This document shows, one piece after another, positions 38,383-50,699 of a stretch of 64,000 nucleotides of DNA (the stretch's first letter is position 1; each line of letters starts with the position of its first letter). This DNA is from Eledone cirrhosa (taxonomy: Eukaryota): the NCBI GenBank assembly GCA_964016885.1, contig OZ024747.1, positions 33,852,001 through 33,916,000 of the forward strand, read 5' to 3'. The notes under the pieces are model-generated. The model ran no database searches. It saw nothing but the letters and a program-made list of their open reading frames with translations, and was not told the DNA's origin. Position numbers and translations under genes: made by a program.

Positions 38383-38790
38383 AATATGGCGGGTAGTACT
38401 AAGTACTAGCCTGTTACTAGCATTGTACACCCATAACATTAACTGTTCTCCAATGTTAAGATATCTTATATCTTATGTCTATCCTAGCCCACACTTTTCC
38501 TTGCCTATAACCTTTTTGCCTGTAATTTTTCCTTATACCTCTTACCATTTCAACCAGTGCTGCCTGTAATTATGTTCTCTCAAGCATAACATATTTTTAA
38601 ATCCTGACTCTCCACATGATGTCTATGACACTAACAACAATTATGTACCCTAAATGTTCTGAATGACTACGATTTTAGTCATATGTTTCGACATTCCCTA
38701 TGCTCCGATGAATCCAGACTTCCCTCTGGAAGAAAGAATTGTCAGCAAATAAATGTTCTAAATTAAAATTTGATCGTTTTAACACTTTGA
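38383..38790 (+). mobile_element. Family Y HHR-bearing unit flanked by a 23-bp direct repeat (TSD)
   Basis: tatatacgtttaatacaattata at 38360-38382 and 38791-38813; HHR remnant at 38702-38746. Confidence 0.75.
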
Positions 38791-39074
38791 TATATACGTT
38801 TAATACAATTATACATTATTGAACAAAAGAGCAACGATGGTTGCCGAACACTGTACGGCTACTAATTCAGGCTGTTTGTTTACAAACAAACCGAGCATTA
38901 TAATAAATGTCCGGTAAACCCATACATACATGTATATATGTATGTATGTATATACACACTAGTGTACGTCTGTTATACTTATATGTATGTACGTATACAT
39001 ACTTATATTTAAGTATCAGCCGTACTAAGAGTGAGAAATGAAATTTCATTTTTTCCATTTATATATATATATGG

Positions 39075-42000
39075 TTACCACCAAAATTTGCCATCTACAA
39101 AAAGATTAACCCTATGGAATGCAAAACGGAGCTGGAAAAGTGTTTCACAAAAATACGTTGGAATGCAAAAGTAAACAACAACAACAATAATAACGGTAGT
39201 AGTAATATAAACAATAACTCTGGGTATAGAAATAACAGCCATAACCATAACAATGGCAGGAAAGTGAGAAATAGTGATAATGGCAATAATACTAGCGATA
39301 GACGGAACAACAACAACCACAATAATAATAATAATAATAGAAACGTTAACCACAGACACAGCTACAGCGACCACAGTAGTAATAACGGTAACAATACGAA
39401 CAACAACAGCAATAACCACAGTGGTAATAATGGAAATAGTACATGTAGCAACATCAACAAAAACAAGAAACATAATAAAAGTAACAACCACAATGGTAGA
39501 AATAACAGTAACAACAACAACAATAACGGTGAAGTAAACAACAATACATCTAGCAATCATAACAATAATAATAATGCTAATGATAGAAACAACAACCACC
39601 ATGATACCAATAATAGCAACACACACAACTATGACGATAGAAATAATAATAATGCTAATGATAGAAACAACAACAACCACCATGATAACAATAATAGCAA
39701 CACACACAACTATGACGATAGAAATAACGACAACCCCTTAGAGAAACTATTTTTCAACCCAGCTGACAAAACATATAAGATGGGTAATATCTATCCTACG
39801 AGGTTACCCTTTAATAAAAGAGTTTGCATACCACAGCAAATAGATGACGAGACGGAGGCACAGTTCACCATAGCTAGAAATAAGATTAGACAAGTAGTAG
39901 ACAGGTATACTATGAGACAGAGCAGACCAGAGGCCCAACAACTTGGGAGAAAACCTGTAGAAGGCTTGGTTAGCCTCAAGCAGCGCACAAGGGATGGTGA
40001 GGTAGTGTGTCTACCCACAGATAAGTCTGGTAGGATGTCAATAGATAGCATGCCGAACTACATCGAGGCAATGCAACCCCACATCACCAACATGAGCGAA
40101 GTTGCACAACTAACACACGATGGGAGAAAAAAAATCCTCAACGCTCACATGATGATGTGGACTGACATCCTAAAGCCAAGCAGACGCACTGCCAACAACT
40201 TCCAGGCGTCTAACAATGGCATACCACCCTTGTATGGGCTCCGCAAAGACCACAGGACAGTCGACGACCCGACAACAGGACCACCAACGAGACCCGTATG
40301 CGGAGCTAATATAGCTAGCAACTACAGGATCTCCTACTTCCTCTCAATGGTTATACGCCCCATAATCAAGATGTCCCCAGATGTATGTGAAAGTACAGAG
40401 GACCTCCTCAGCAGAATCAGTGAGTGCAACAAAAACAGGAGCCTATCCAACGGCATAATAGGCAGCATGGACGTGGTGTCACTGTACCCATCCATTAACA
40501 TTGATTTTGCTGTGAAAAGATGTGTGGAGATGATCATTGAGAGTGAGGTGGAGTTCTGCGACGTCGACACAGACGAACTGGGCCTCCTACTTAGACTTAC
40601 CTACGACACTGACTACCTAGACAGCCATGACCTTAGATGTTTCTGCCCTAGTAGACCTATAAGAGGTAGACCCCCCACCATAACCTCAATGGCTAAAAAG
40701 ACTCCCTTAGGAAGGTGGATTGGGTGGACCAAAGCTATACGGACCCCCCAAAACACTGATCAGGTAAGAAAAATGGTCGCACATGCAATAGGGGCTAGTA
40801 TCAAAACTACCCTAAAGGGCTACATATTTAAGTTCAATGAGAAAATCTACATCCAAAATGAGGGAGCAGCCATCGGCGTCAGCATAGCTGGTGATGTTGC
40901 CAACCTTTTCATGGTATGGTGGGAAAGGAGACTTAAAGATCTCCTTAATGAAAGCTCCATAGACCTCATCATGTACTCTCGTTATGTAGACGATATCAAT
41001 ATAGTTATAAGAACACCCCCACTAGAGAGCACTAACAAGTTTGATTTAGAACGTAGCACGATGGAAAGCATCCAGCAGATAGCTAATTCCATACACCAGC
41101 GTATAACTGTAACTATCGACTTCCCTTCCAAACACCCTAACAATAGACTACCTGTATTAGACACAGAACTCTGGATTAACACTATAGACGAGAGAGCCCA
41201 AATTCTCCACTCACACTATGCTAAACCCATGGCCTCCAAATACCTGATACTCAAAAACTCAGCAATGTCCAGTAGTGCTAAGTTTAATATTCTGATCGCA
41301 GATTTGGTACGAGTGATGAAGAATGTGTCCAGCATTTGCGACCCAACAGAAATGGAAAGACACACCCAACACTTCATCAACTGCATGCAGTTCTCTGGCT
41401 ACAACCAAAGAGACAGAGTCAGAGTATACGAAGGAGCCATGGAAAAGTATAAGACCCTCATAGAACTGGACATGAAAGGAATTTGCCCACTATACAGGAG
41501 CAAATCATGGAATAGCTTAGATAGGGCTAGACATAAGATAGGGAAGGCCACATCATGGTACGACAACCAGAGATATCAGAGCGTCATCTTTGTGGACGCC
41601 ACCCCTGGAGGGAAATTAGCTAACCAGTGTAGAAAGGCCTTGAGAAAGACCCACTTAAAAATAAAGGTGGTAGAAAAGCCAGGAACCACCATAAAATCCC
41701 TGATCAGCAAAACCTACCCTTTTAAAAAAAACCACTGTACCAATAGGAAATGTATCATATGTAAGGTGAACCCCCGGATAAACTGTAAAACTAGAAACGT
41801 AGTCTATAGCATAAGATGTACATAGGGTACTTGCAGAAACATGACGACAACATACATAGGTGAGACAGCTCGTAGCATAGGTGAAAGGATAGACCAACAC
41901 TGGGGGGAACTAAAAGGACGAAAAAACGGTCAGTACTATACGAACATGCTAGACAACAACATGACGGTAACATAGACAACATAGAAATTAGAATAATATC

Positions 42001-42672
42001 TAAACATAGGAATGACCCAGCAGATAGGCAAATCAGAGAGGCCAGTGAAATAGAAATTAGAAGACCAAAGCTAAACAGAAAGAATGAGTGGAACAACAAC
42101 ACCCAAACAAACAACACTGACCTAAGAGAAGTATAAATAAATAAATAAAATAAAATAAAATAAGATAAATAAATACATACACAAGCACAATAACAACAAG
42201 CACATAAACACACACTAGTCACCCAGCAGACACAACACTATACACACTAGTCACACTAGTCACACAGCACACATAACACTATACACACACGCAAACGCAT
42301 GCGCAAAGAAGACAAAATAAAATAAGATAAACAAACAAGCAAATAAATAAATAAATAAATATAGAGACAGACTGAATAAAAAATGGCGTAGACATACAAC
42401 ACAACAGGAGGAACAATGAATATAACACCACTGACGGTGTTGCAGATGTGCAACGAAAGATTTATGTAAATTATGTAAACTATATATATGTGTTTGTGTC
42501 TATATTGTATCTGTATTATTTTTGACCGTCGGTCAGTCAATGGCAACATTGAGGACCGAGTAAGTTAGATCGCAGATATAAAAGACAGCGAGAAGCGAAA
42601 ACCAACCAAACAGTGAGTGTGTTCTGTTATTAATTCTGGCAACATTACGCAAATATGACCCTCCCCAAGTAT

Positions 42673-42680
<8 letters not shown>
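39075..42680 (+). mobile_element. PLE family 3 (tentatively Nematis-like), slightly 5'-truncated, RT + GIY-YIG + pLTR, between (TA)n tracts
   Basis: LPPKFA, PTDKSG, LYGLRKDH, TRPVC, SMDVVSLYPSI, QNEGAAIG, RYVDD, LPVLD; after TAG at 41823 the same frame reads YIGETARSIGERIDQH, then after a frameshift RQIREA..LNRKNEW. Confidence 0.92.
39114..41825 (+). CDS. PLE reverse transcriptase ORF (903 aa open) with Asn-rich insert; premature stop at the start of the endonuclease
   Basis: ORF track; RT motifs intact; Cys-rich CTNRKCIIC..C linker before NVVY. Confidence 0.8.
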   Translation: MECKTELEKCFTKIRWNAKVNNNNNNNGSSNINNNSGYRNNSHNHNNGRKVRNSDNGNNTSDRRNNNNHNNNNNNRNVNHRHSYSDHSSNNGNNTNNNSNNHSGNNGNSTCSNINKNKKHNKSNNHNGRNNSNNNNNNGEVNNNTSSNHNNNNNANDRNNNHHDTNNSNTHNYDDRNNNNANDRNNNNHHDNNNSNTHNYDDRNNDNPLEKLFFNPADKTYKMGNIYPTRLPFNKRVCIPQQIDDETEAQFTIARNKIRQVVDRYTMRQSRPEAQQLGRKPVEGLVSLKQRTRDGEVVCLPTDKSGRMSIDSMPNYIEAMQPHITNMSEVAQLTHDGRKKILNAHMMMWTDILKPSRRTANNFQASNNGIPPLYGLRKDHRTVDDPTTGPPTRPVCGANIASNYRISYFLSMVIRPIIKMSPDVCESTEDLLSRISECNKNRSLSNGIIGSMDVVSLYPSINIDFAVKRCVEMIIESEVEFCDVDTDELGLLLRLTYDTDYLDSHDLRCFCPSRPIRGRPPTITSMAKKTPLGRWIGWTKAIRTPQNTDQVRKMVAHAIGASIKTTLKGYIFKFNEKIYIQNEGAAIGVSIAGDVANLFMVWWERRLKDLLNESSIDLIMYSRYVDDINIVIRTPPLESTNKFDLERSTMESIQQIANSIHQRITVTIDFPSKHPNNRLPVLDTELWINTIDERAQILHSHYAKPMASKYLILKNSAMSSSAKFNILIADLVRVMKNVSSICDPTEMERHTQHFINCMQFSGYNQRDRVRVYEGAMEKYKTLIELDMKGICPLYRSKSWNSLDRARHKIGKATSWYDNQRYQSVIFVDATPGGKLANQCRKALRKTHLKIKVVEKPGTTIKSLISKTYPFKKNHCTNRKCIICKVNPRINCKTRNVVYSIRCT

Positions 42681-42716
<36 letters not shown>

Positions 42717-43086
42717 AAGTCTCTGGGTCAAAAACATAAACACACTTTTTTCCTTCTCTGCTTTTCCTTTGCTTGTTTCATTAAAGGTTACCATCATTCT
42801 GTTGGTATACCTCTACTACACAATTTACACCTGAAAATGTCACCAGCTTCTTATGCCACCTGGCCACTGAAATGTGCATAGTGTTAGTACAAATAAATAA
42901 TTAAGGAAATTCAACAAGTCATTTCACTTAATAATACATTTTCTCCATTCCCACAGCACCAACATGATTCAACATCAAAGATGGATGAGTTGCATAACGT
43001 TGTGTGCTTTTCTCATATTATGTCAGGTTAACATTGCAGAATGACCAATTCTACCCAGTGGTAAACCACCAAATTTAAACGTATAT

Positions 43087-43177
<91 letters not shown>

Positions 43178-43307
43178 CATAAATTTTCGACGGTTTCATT
43201 ATTTTGACAAATTCTACCAAGTCAGAATCATTTAATTTCTATTTCTGTACATGTATGTAATATGTCCAATAAATTCCTTTCGTTGCAACACTGATTCTCT
43301 TTTTTCT

Positions 43308-43355
<48 letters not shown>

Positions 43356-43442
43356 GAAAAATTTGAACAGGGACAGAACAGAGAGGCAGTACAATAAATG
43401 TTTATTAAATTCACACTCAGGAGAGTGGGGGGTAGGTGGGGG

Positions 43443-43474
43443 ACGACGTTTCGGGCATAAGCCCTTCCTCAGGT
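43443..43474 (-). ncRNA. Minimal PLE-type hammerhead motif
   Basis: AC-CUGAGGA-aGGGC uuau GCCC-GAAAC-GUC-GU; loop-less palindromic stem III (ACGU). Confidence 0.6.
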
Positions 43475-43679
43475 GAGAAGTGTGTGGGAACAGAGTTCAA
43501 AAGGTGTGTAGGGGAGTGGTGGAGAGACATATAGCGAAAGGAAACGGTGCGAATGAAAAATTAACAAATAAAGACAAAAAATATAAAAAATAAAAATAAA
43601 GCATGACCAAAATACAAGGAATGAGAAAATTTAAAAATAAAGGCATGATCAAAATAAACTGAAATTAAAAGGGGGGTAA

Positions 43680-44880
43680 ACAGGTGGCGGAAGGGTGTGG
43701 GGTGAGTAGGGGTGGTGGCAGGTGGAGTGGGGAGAGGGAGACGGGGTGTCCGAGCGGGGAGGGCTGAAGGTGGTGTGTGTGTGTAGGTGTGCGTGTGTGT
43801 GTGTGTATGTGAAAGTGAGGGTTGGGGGAAGAACGGGGTTGCATGTTCAGGAAGAGGTGTGTGTGGGGGGTGTTTTTGTGGGTCGGAGTGTCTGTGCGTG
43901 TGTGGATAGGGGGGTGGGGGGAGAGGAATCAGGAGGCTGAGGGTGTAAATATGTGGTGGAAAGCACGTGTGTGTGGGGTTTAAGCGTAGTGTGGGTGTGG
44001 GTGGCGTGTGGAGAAAAAAAATGTTTTGGGGTGTGTGTGTGGGTGAGTTATATAGGTGATGATGTAAGAGGATGGTTGAAAAGTTGGTAAGTTCCAAGGA
44101 TGTTTGGAGGATTGGTTATAAGTCAATTTCTGCGTGTGGGTAATCCATGAAGCGGTGGTCGGAAGAGGAGAGATGTGGGGTGCGCGCGCAACAGGAAGTG
44201 GTCAGCAGTGGGAGTGCTGTGGTCAGTTGGTGCTGGGAGGTGGTCAGAAGGGCATAGCAGCAGTCGGTGGAATGGTAGGGAGGCGAGGATGGGTAGGTGT
44301 GAGAGTTGGAGTGAGGAGGGTGTGTGTGTGTGTGTGTGTATTAGTAGGGGTGTTAGTGGGATGAGTGAGTGTGGAGCGGGGGTGTGGGTGGAGCGGGGAT
44401 AGAAGTGTGTGTGTGGTTCTATGGAGGGAGTGTGGTGTACTGGTGTGTGTGTAGTTTGGTGAAGAGGTGTTAGTGGGTGTTAGTATACGGGAGGTGGGGA
44501 GGGGTGGAATGCAGGTGTGAGTGGGGGTTAGTGGTGGTAGGGTGTGTAGAGTTGGTGGTGTAGGAGGGTGTGTGGGTACGTGTGCGTGGGGTTGGGGGTG
44601 TTAGTGATGTTAGTTGCGTGTGGGATGGGTGGTGTAAGTGGGTGCGTGTGTGCGTGTGATAAGGGGGGGGGAGAGGGGAGGGAAGGGATGTTAGTATGTT
44701 AGTTGGGGAAGGGTGGTCAGATGAGGGGTGGAGTGGAGGTGTTAGTATTGTTAGTGTGGGGTGGGCGGTGAAAAGGAGGGGTGTGTTAGTGGTGTTAGTG
44801 GGGGATAAGTGTGGGGGGAGGGGGCGGTCGAACGCTAAAGGAATAAGGGTGGGGAGTTCAGGCCGGGGGGAGTGTGGGTC
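43680..44880. repeat. G/T-rich low-complexity tract
   Basis: Degenerate GT/GGT/GTTAGT repeats; ORFs here are compositional artefacts. Confidence 0.75.
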
Positions 44881-44897
44881 TGATACATATATATATA

Positions 44898-45048
44898 CAT
44901 GGGCTGAGGTGTTGAGAGCTGACCTCAGATCATTGAATCTCACAGAGGAGATGACGAAAGACCATGACAAATGGAAAAATGCTGTGCTGAAGTTGACCTG
45001 TTCCACCCTTGCAAGCAGGGAAAAGGGGACATAAAATGATGATGATGA
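44898..45048 (+). mobile_element. Short 3' end of RTE LINE in (TA)n
   Basis: WAEVLRADLRSLNLTEEMTKD matches 12474-12630; (GAT)n tail. Confidence 0.85.
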
Positions 45049-45255
45049 TATATATATATATACATATATATGTATATATAAGTATATACACACATGTCCA
45101 TATATCCATATGTGTGTGTGTATATATACATGTATATATAAGTGTGTACGTGTGTCTAACAATTATAGTTTTATAAGACTAAATGTAACATGAAAACATA
45201 TTAGGAAAATAACACTTATATCTATCTATCTATCTATCTATTTACATTCTCTTTA

Positions 45256-48200
45256 GGACTTTTTAAGTTGTCCGAAAATACGAATGGTTGGCTATTCAGA
45301 CCACAAGTTAGTGACCTGCATGATCAACCTTGACAGAACTCATAGACAGGGACCCGGTTACTGGAAGCTCAACTTGTCCTTACCGGCAAGTAAGGCTTAC
45401 AGGGACCGGATTAGCACCTTAGTTAGGGAGCGGTTGACGGGCGCCATCGTCAACAGCAGGTGGTGGGGATCTCTCAAAAGAGAGATTAGAGTAGTCTCTA
45501 TAGAATTTAGTAAGGAGTTAGCCTCCAATAGAAATAGGAAGGAAATGGAGTTGGTAGATAGTGTAGAAGAGGCAATTAGAAGCGGCGACGTGGCCAGAGT
45601 GCTAGCGTCGAGAACGGCCCTGGGCCAGTTCTTCGACGCGAAACAAGAAGGCTGCATCGTCCGAAGCAAAATACGTGCTCTGGGAAACGAGGGGACCAAA
45701 GCTGTTAGCTGGGCCCGCGTGACAGAAGCCAAAAGAGGGAGCAGATCCACTATCCGGTCTTTGCGAGACCAGGATGGACGGGTGATCCTTGAACCTAAGC
45801 AGATGTGCAAGGCTTTTCAAAAGCACTTTGCCGGATTGTTCGGAGGGGGCGGGGGGCCGGTTGGGGACGTGGACTCCGGTCCATACCTCGACGGCCTGCC
45901 GCGTCTCTCGGACAGGGAGGCGAAGTCCTGCGAGGAGCCGATTTCAGCCGCTGAGATAGAGGACGTGCTGAGCCAATGCGGCAAACGCAAATACCCGGGT
46001 CTCGATGGTCTTCCATACGAACTATATCTAGCTATGCCGGACTTGTTCCCCGATCTCCTCGAGGCGGTCTACTGCAACTGGCAAGAGAACGGGAGAATTC
46101 CCTGTGCTGTGACCAAGGGCGTAGTCACGCTAGTGAGGAAGGACGAGAACAAGGGGGACGATATAAATAATTTCAGGCCCATAACTCTGCTAAATACAGA
46201 GTTACAGATTTTGGCCAAGGTGCTAGCAAAGAGGTTGGCGCTTGTCGTGGGTAACCTGGTGGGAGATGCGCAGACATGTGCTATCCCGTCCAGGTCCATC
46301 CACGATAACCTCCACCTCATGCGATACATCATAGAGAGGGTTGGGAACGAACCCGGCTTTGGTGGGGCCCTGATCAACTTGGATCAATCTAAGGCATTCG
46401 ATAGGGTCGACCATGGTTACCTGGATGCGGTGCTAGCGGCGGCAGGCTTCGGACCCGTTTTCAGGGGCTGGATCAATGCCATGCACAGCAGCCACATCTG
46501 CTCTAGGGTCAAGGTGAACGGCTACCTCTCGGAGCCGTTCGAAATCGCGCGGTCCATCCGACAGGGGTGCCCTCTCCTCCCTTCTGTATGTAATGACTCT
46601 AGAGCCACTGCTGCGGAAGTTGGAGTTGTTGCAGGGCATCCCGTTGTAACCGGGATTGCGGAAAGCGGTGTCAGCCTACGCCGATGACGTAACAGTAATG
46701 GTGTCGACGGCCTCGGAAATCGGGGCGATCGGCACCTTACTGGAGGAGTACGAAAGGTTTACAGGGGCTAAGCTGAACCGGGACAAGTCGATCGATCTGC
46801 AACTCGGCACGTGGAGGGGAAGATCGATGCCCTCCGATGGCGTCGTCGGGCGCTGGACGGAGGGCCCGGTGAAGTTGCTCGGGGTCTGGTTCGGACCAGA
46901 CCTCCAGGTGGAGAAGAACTGGGGTGAGGTGACGAACAGGGTGTTTTCACTGACCCAGAAGTGGGCCGAGTGCAAACTGTCCCTGAAAGGTCGGGCGGAG
47001 GTGGCGAACACTTATATAGCGTCCGTCATCTACTACCGCCTGACCGTTGTGCCTTGCCCAAGGGAAACGCTCGCCAAAATGGAGCGCGCAATCTTCCAAT
47101 TCCTTTGGAAGAAGCGGGCTCCTATAGTGAGGAGATCCATCTGCTGTCAACACCCTTCGAAAGAAGGGCTGGGGATGCCGTGGCTAATGATACGTAAACA
47201 CGCATTAAGGCTACGGCACCTTCAGGTATTCCTCTCCGGTCAACCGGTGTGGGCCCCGTTTGTGAGGCGAGCCTTTCCCAGACTCGTCTCACTCACCGAG
47301 CTGCATTCCTGGGTCAAGCAAAGACCGAGAAAACCGGGCGCCTGGCACACCGAGTGTGCCCAGGCGCTCACGGCTCTCTGGCAGGCGGACCCGGCTGTCA
47401 GTAGAGAATCCACCTCGTCATTCTATAGAGGGCTGGTGGTTAGCAGGTGCGACGACGCCCTCGGAGAAATCCTAGGCATGGAGGAAGACGAACTGGCCAA
47501 CCTGTTCGGTAGGACATTCAGCCCGGGACCCATGGATAACTTCCAGAGGTCCCTGGCCTGGCAATGCTACAGAAGGGCTCTGCCCGTTCGAGAAAGGCTC
47601 TACAGACACGGGCGCCCGGGTAGGGACCCATCGAAAAAGATCTGTCCCAGATGCGTGTGCGACGAGGAAACCGTTGCACACGCATTGGTACACTGCTCGG
47701 GCATTGCCGATCTGTGGGGCTATGTCGAACAACTGCTGTCAAGGGTGGGACCGATCCGGTTGACCACCGAGTCTATTGTAACGACCAAGCCACCTCCCCT
47801 CTTCAAAAACGAAGGAGAGGCGGTGTTTCTGTGCGTAATAGCCATGGCGAAAGAGGTTGTATGGTGGACGCGCCTGAAAGGACTGAGGTCAGACACCTTT
47901 CTCTCTGGCCAACAACTGGTCCGTTTCTTCCGATATCATTTCGGAAGAAGGATCAGGATGGAGAGAGAGGTGCTGCACCCCAGCCGTTTCTATGAAAGAT
48001 GGGTGAACGTGGCGAGAATGGCCCGTGTGAATGGGCCTTCACTCTACATCAGACTATAGGTGAGGAAGATGAAAGACCAAGGGAGCACCCCTTCTCTGTG
48101 CTCCTGAGGAGAAGGGTTGCACACTTTTTCGGGGGTGTTTTTTTGAGGACTTTGTTATACATTTTATTTTTTGTTATATTTTATTTTATTTTTATATATT

Positions 48201-48297
48201 GTTATTGCCTCCTCCTTATTGAGGACGCCTTGTTTTGTAAACTCCCCCCATTGTACTTGTCCCACTTTTGATGCCCTGGTGGCAAATAAAAGAAACA
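45256..48297 (+). mobile_element. Tx1/L1-clade LINE, 5'-truncated ORF2, with 21-bp TSD
   Basis: SDHKLV, GPGYWKLN, PGLDGLPYELY, RPITLLN, LDQSKAFDRVDH, RQGCPL, AYADD, CPRC..ETVAHALVHC; AATAAA at end; TSD tatctatttacattctcttta 45235-45255 / 48298-48318. Confidence 0.93.
45284..48059 (+). pseudogene. Tx1/L1 ORF2 (APE end, RT, CCHC zinc knuckle) split by a frameshift near 46575
   Basis: ORFs 45284..46687 and 46656..48059. Confidence 0.88.
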
Positions 48298-48404
48298 TAT
48301 CTATTTACATTCTCTTTAATTCTCTATTGTATCGATATCTGGTTAAATTCTTATGAAGTAAGTTTAAAGAAAAAAAATATTATGTTCAAATAATAATAAT
48401 AATT

Positions 48405-48592
48405 GTATCTACTTTAGGCACAAGGCCTGTAATTTGAAAGGGAAGGGAAAGTCGATTAAATTGATACCAGTACTTACTGATGCTTTATTTTTTCGACCCC
48501 ATAAGATAACTTCGGGAGGATTTGAACTCAGAATGTAAATGGCCATAAGCATGGTGTCTGGCACTACCAATACTGCCAATCCACCACCCTTA
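48405..48592 (-). mobile_element. tRNA-derived SINE copy (also 52877-52990, 56425-56563)
   Basis: ggatttgaactcag..caatactgccaatccaccaccc as at 2860-2942. Confidence 0.7.
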
Positions 48593-48649
48593 ATTATAAT
48601 AAAAATAATAATGAAAGTTTGAATGGCACTGAAAATGAAGAAGATGGGG

Positions 48650-49950
48650 AAACAGGATTGATTATCAAAGATTGAGAGATATTTTTAATGATCTTGGATT
48701 CAATAAGATGCTGCTGAATATTTGGAATATAGAGAGATGTCATTTAATAAATGAAACAGTCAAAGTAAACCATGCAATTATGTATAAAGAAATTAATGGT
48801 ATCACCAACTCAAGAAAATTAATTAGTGCTGCAGAGTTTCTGGTGAGTGAGGGATTTGGTATTAAGCAAACAGAAATAAGCATGGTAGAATATAAGATTA
48901 GAAGGTGAAATAACTCAACTCAGAAGATATCTAGGTAAAATAGATGCATGGCATAGAGGGAAAGAGAAGAAGGCCAAAGTAAGGGGAAATGACCTATGGA
49001 CATGTGGTATAAAATAAACTTGAAAGGTATGAATGTAGTGATGGAAGAAATGAAACAGTGAAGTAAGGCAAAATCTAATTGGGTTGGGTTCTATACAAAG
49101 AAACAAAAACAATACAAATAGGACAGATTGTTCTTTGCACATCGGAAAATGTTCTTTAGAACATTGTCAGGAGAAGATGGTGGAAAAGTAGCACCTAATG
49201 TGAAAGAATCCACACAATTTTGATCACATCTATTGGGAATTGCAAACGAGCATAACAAAGATGCAAGATAGATAAATGAAGTTGAGTATAAATTATCAGA
49301 GATGGGAAAGAATTTCAAAGGAAGACATTCACGAGCAAGTTAGGAAAATGCTAAACAAGAAATCTCCTGGACCGGATGGGATCCAAGGATTCTGGTTGAA
49401 AATATTTAAAAGTGTTCATTCAAGGCTAGAGAATCACCTAAATGATTGTTTAGTACAAGGAGAAATTCCAAGTTGTATGGCTATAAGGAAAGATAAAAGA
49501 AAAGGAACATTAGTTAGAAATTACAGACTCTTGCTTGGATTTATTTTGGAAGCTGTTGACTGGCATCTTTGCTGCAAAAGTGTATGATCAACTGTCAAGC
49601 AGAAGGAGTGTAGGAAATATTCCAAGAAAACCAAATCCCAAGTTTGCTCTCGACAAGAATAACTGAAAAAGACATCTAAAGATGCATTTAGGCATGGCTT
49701 GGATAAACTAAGAAAGCTTTTGACATGGCCCCATATTTATGGGCCCTGAAATGTTTGAGAATGCTTGGGATAGCAGATTGTTTTATTAATGTAATGGAGA
49801 CTTGTATGTATTTGTTGAAGACAAACCACAATATAAGAAGAGAAATATTTCAATCAGATTCCTTTTCACCATTGCTCTTTGTTATTGCCATTATTCCCCT
49901 CACAAGGGTCTTAAGAAACATAGATATTGCATATCAGATCAGGAGAAGGG
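48650..49950 (+). mobile_element. Decayed R4/Dong-like non-LTR RT fragment
   Basis: KSPGPDGIQGFWLKIF and IRREIFQSDSFSPLLFVIAIIPL resemble R4-clade RT motifs. Confidence 0.6.
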
Positions 49951-50699
49951 AAGAATGAGAGAGAGGGGGGATAGAGGGGAGAGAGGAGAGGGAAAGGGTA
50001 GAGAGAGGAGAGAGGGAAGGGAGAGATATAGGGGAGTAGAGAGAGGAGAGAAGGAGAGAGAGATAGAATTAATGAGGACCTAGAAGCAGAAAAGAATATT
50101 GATAGGTGAGTGTGAGACACTAAGGGCATATTATACATTCATAAGGTAGTTAATTGTATTGAAGACGCCATCTGCATTAATAGAGATTAATGTAACTGAT
50201 AGAAAGACAAAATAGGGTTAATTGACTATGTATTATGGAGGGAGAAATAAAGAATTGTTCGTAGAGTTTAAAATAGAAACAAAAACAAAATAAAATGAAT
50301 AGATAGCTGGAGTAGGGAATAACAAATACTTATTCATGGTGAGCAAAAATAGAATGGAAATTCTAGTAAAAAACAACAGTAATGTATAGATCAACATACT
50401 AAAATAAAGTAAAATAAGGTGAACAATTTCCCACGAAAAAAACACTAGATAAAAATATAGCATTGTGAAAATATTCAGAATAAAAATTAAGGAAACTAAA
50501 ATCCTATAAAATAAAATGATCAATCTGTAATATTCATTAGACAAAAACAAATTATTTTGCTATTACTAAGATACAAAAAAGAAGAAAGAAAAACATGACA
50601 GGTTGCTAAAACATTTCCAGCTTTAAGCTAAATAACTTATAAAAAACATTTCACTAATAGAGAGCTTTTGACAAAAAATTTGAGTTTGAAAAAATAAGG

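Noticed and set aside
41823-41825. In-frame stop between PLE RT and endonuclease as programmed recoding
   Set aside because: It is TAG, not TGA, and a frameshift follows ~100 nt later; ordinary decay is more likely
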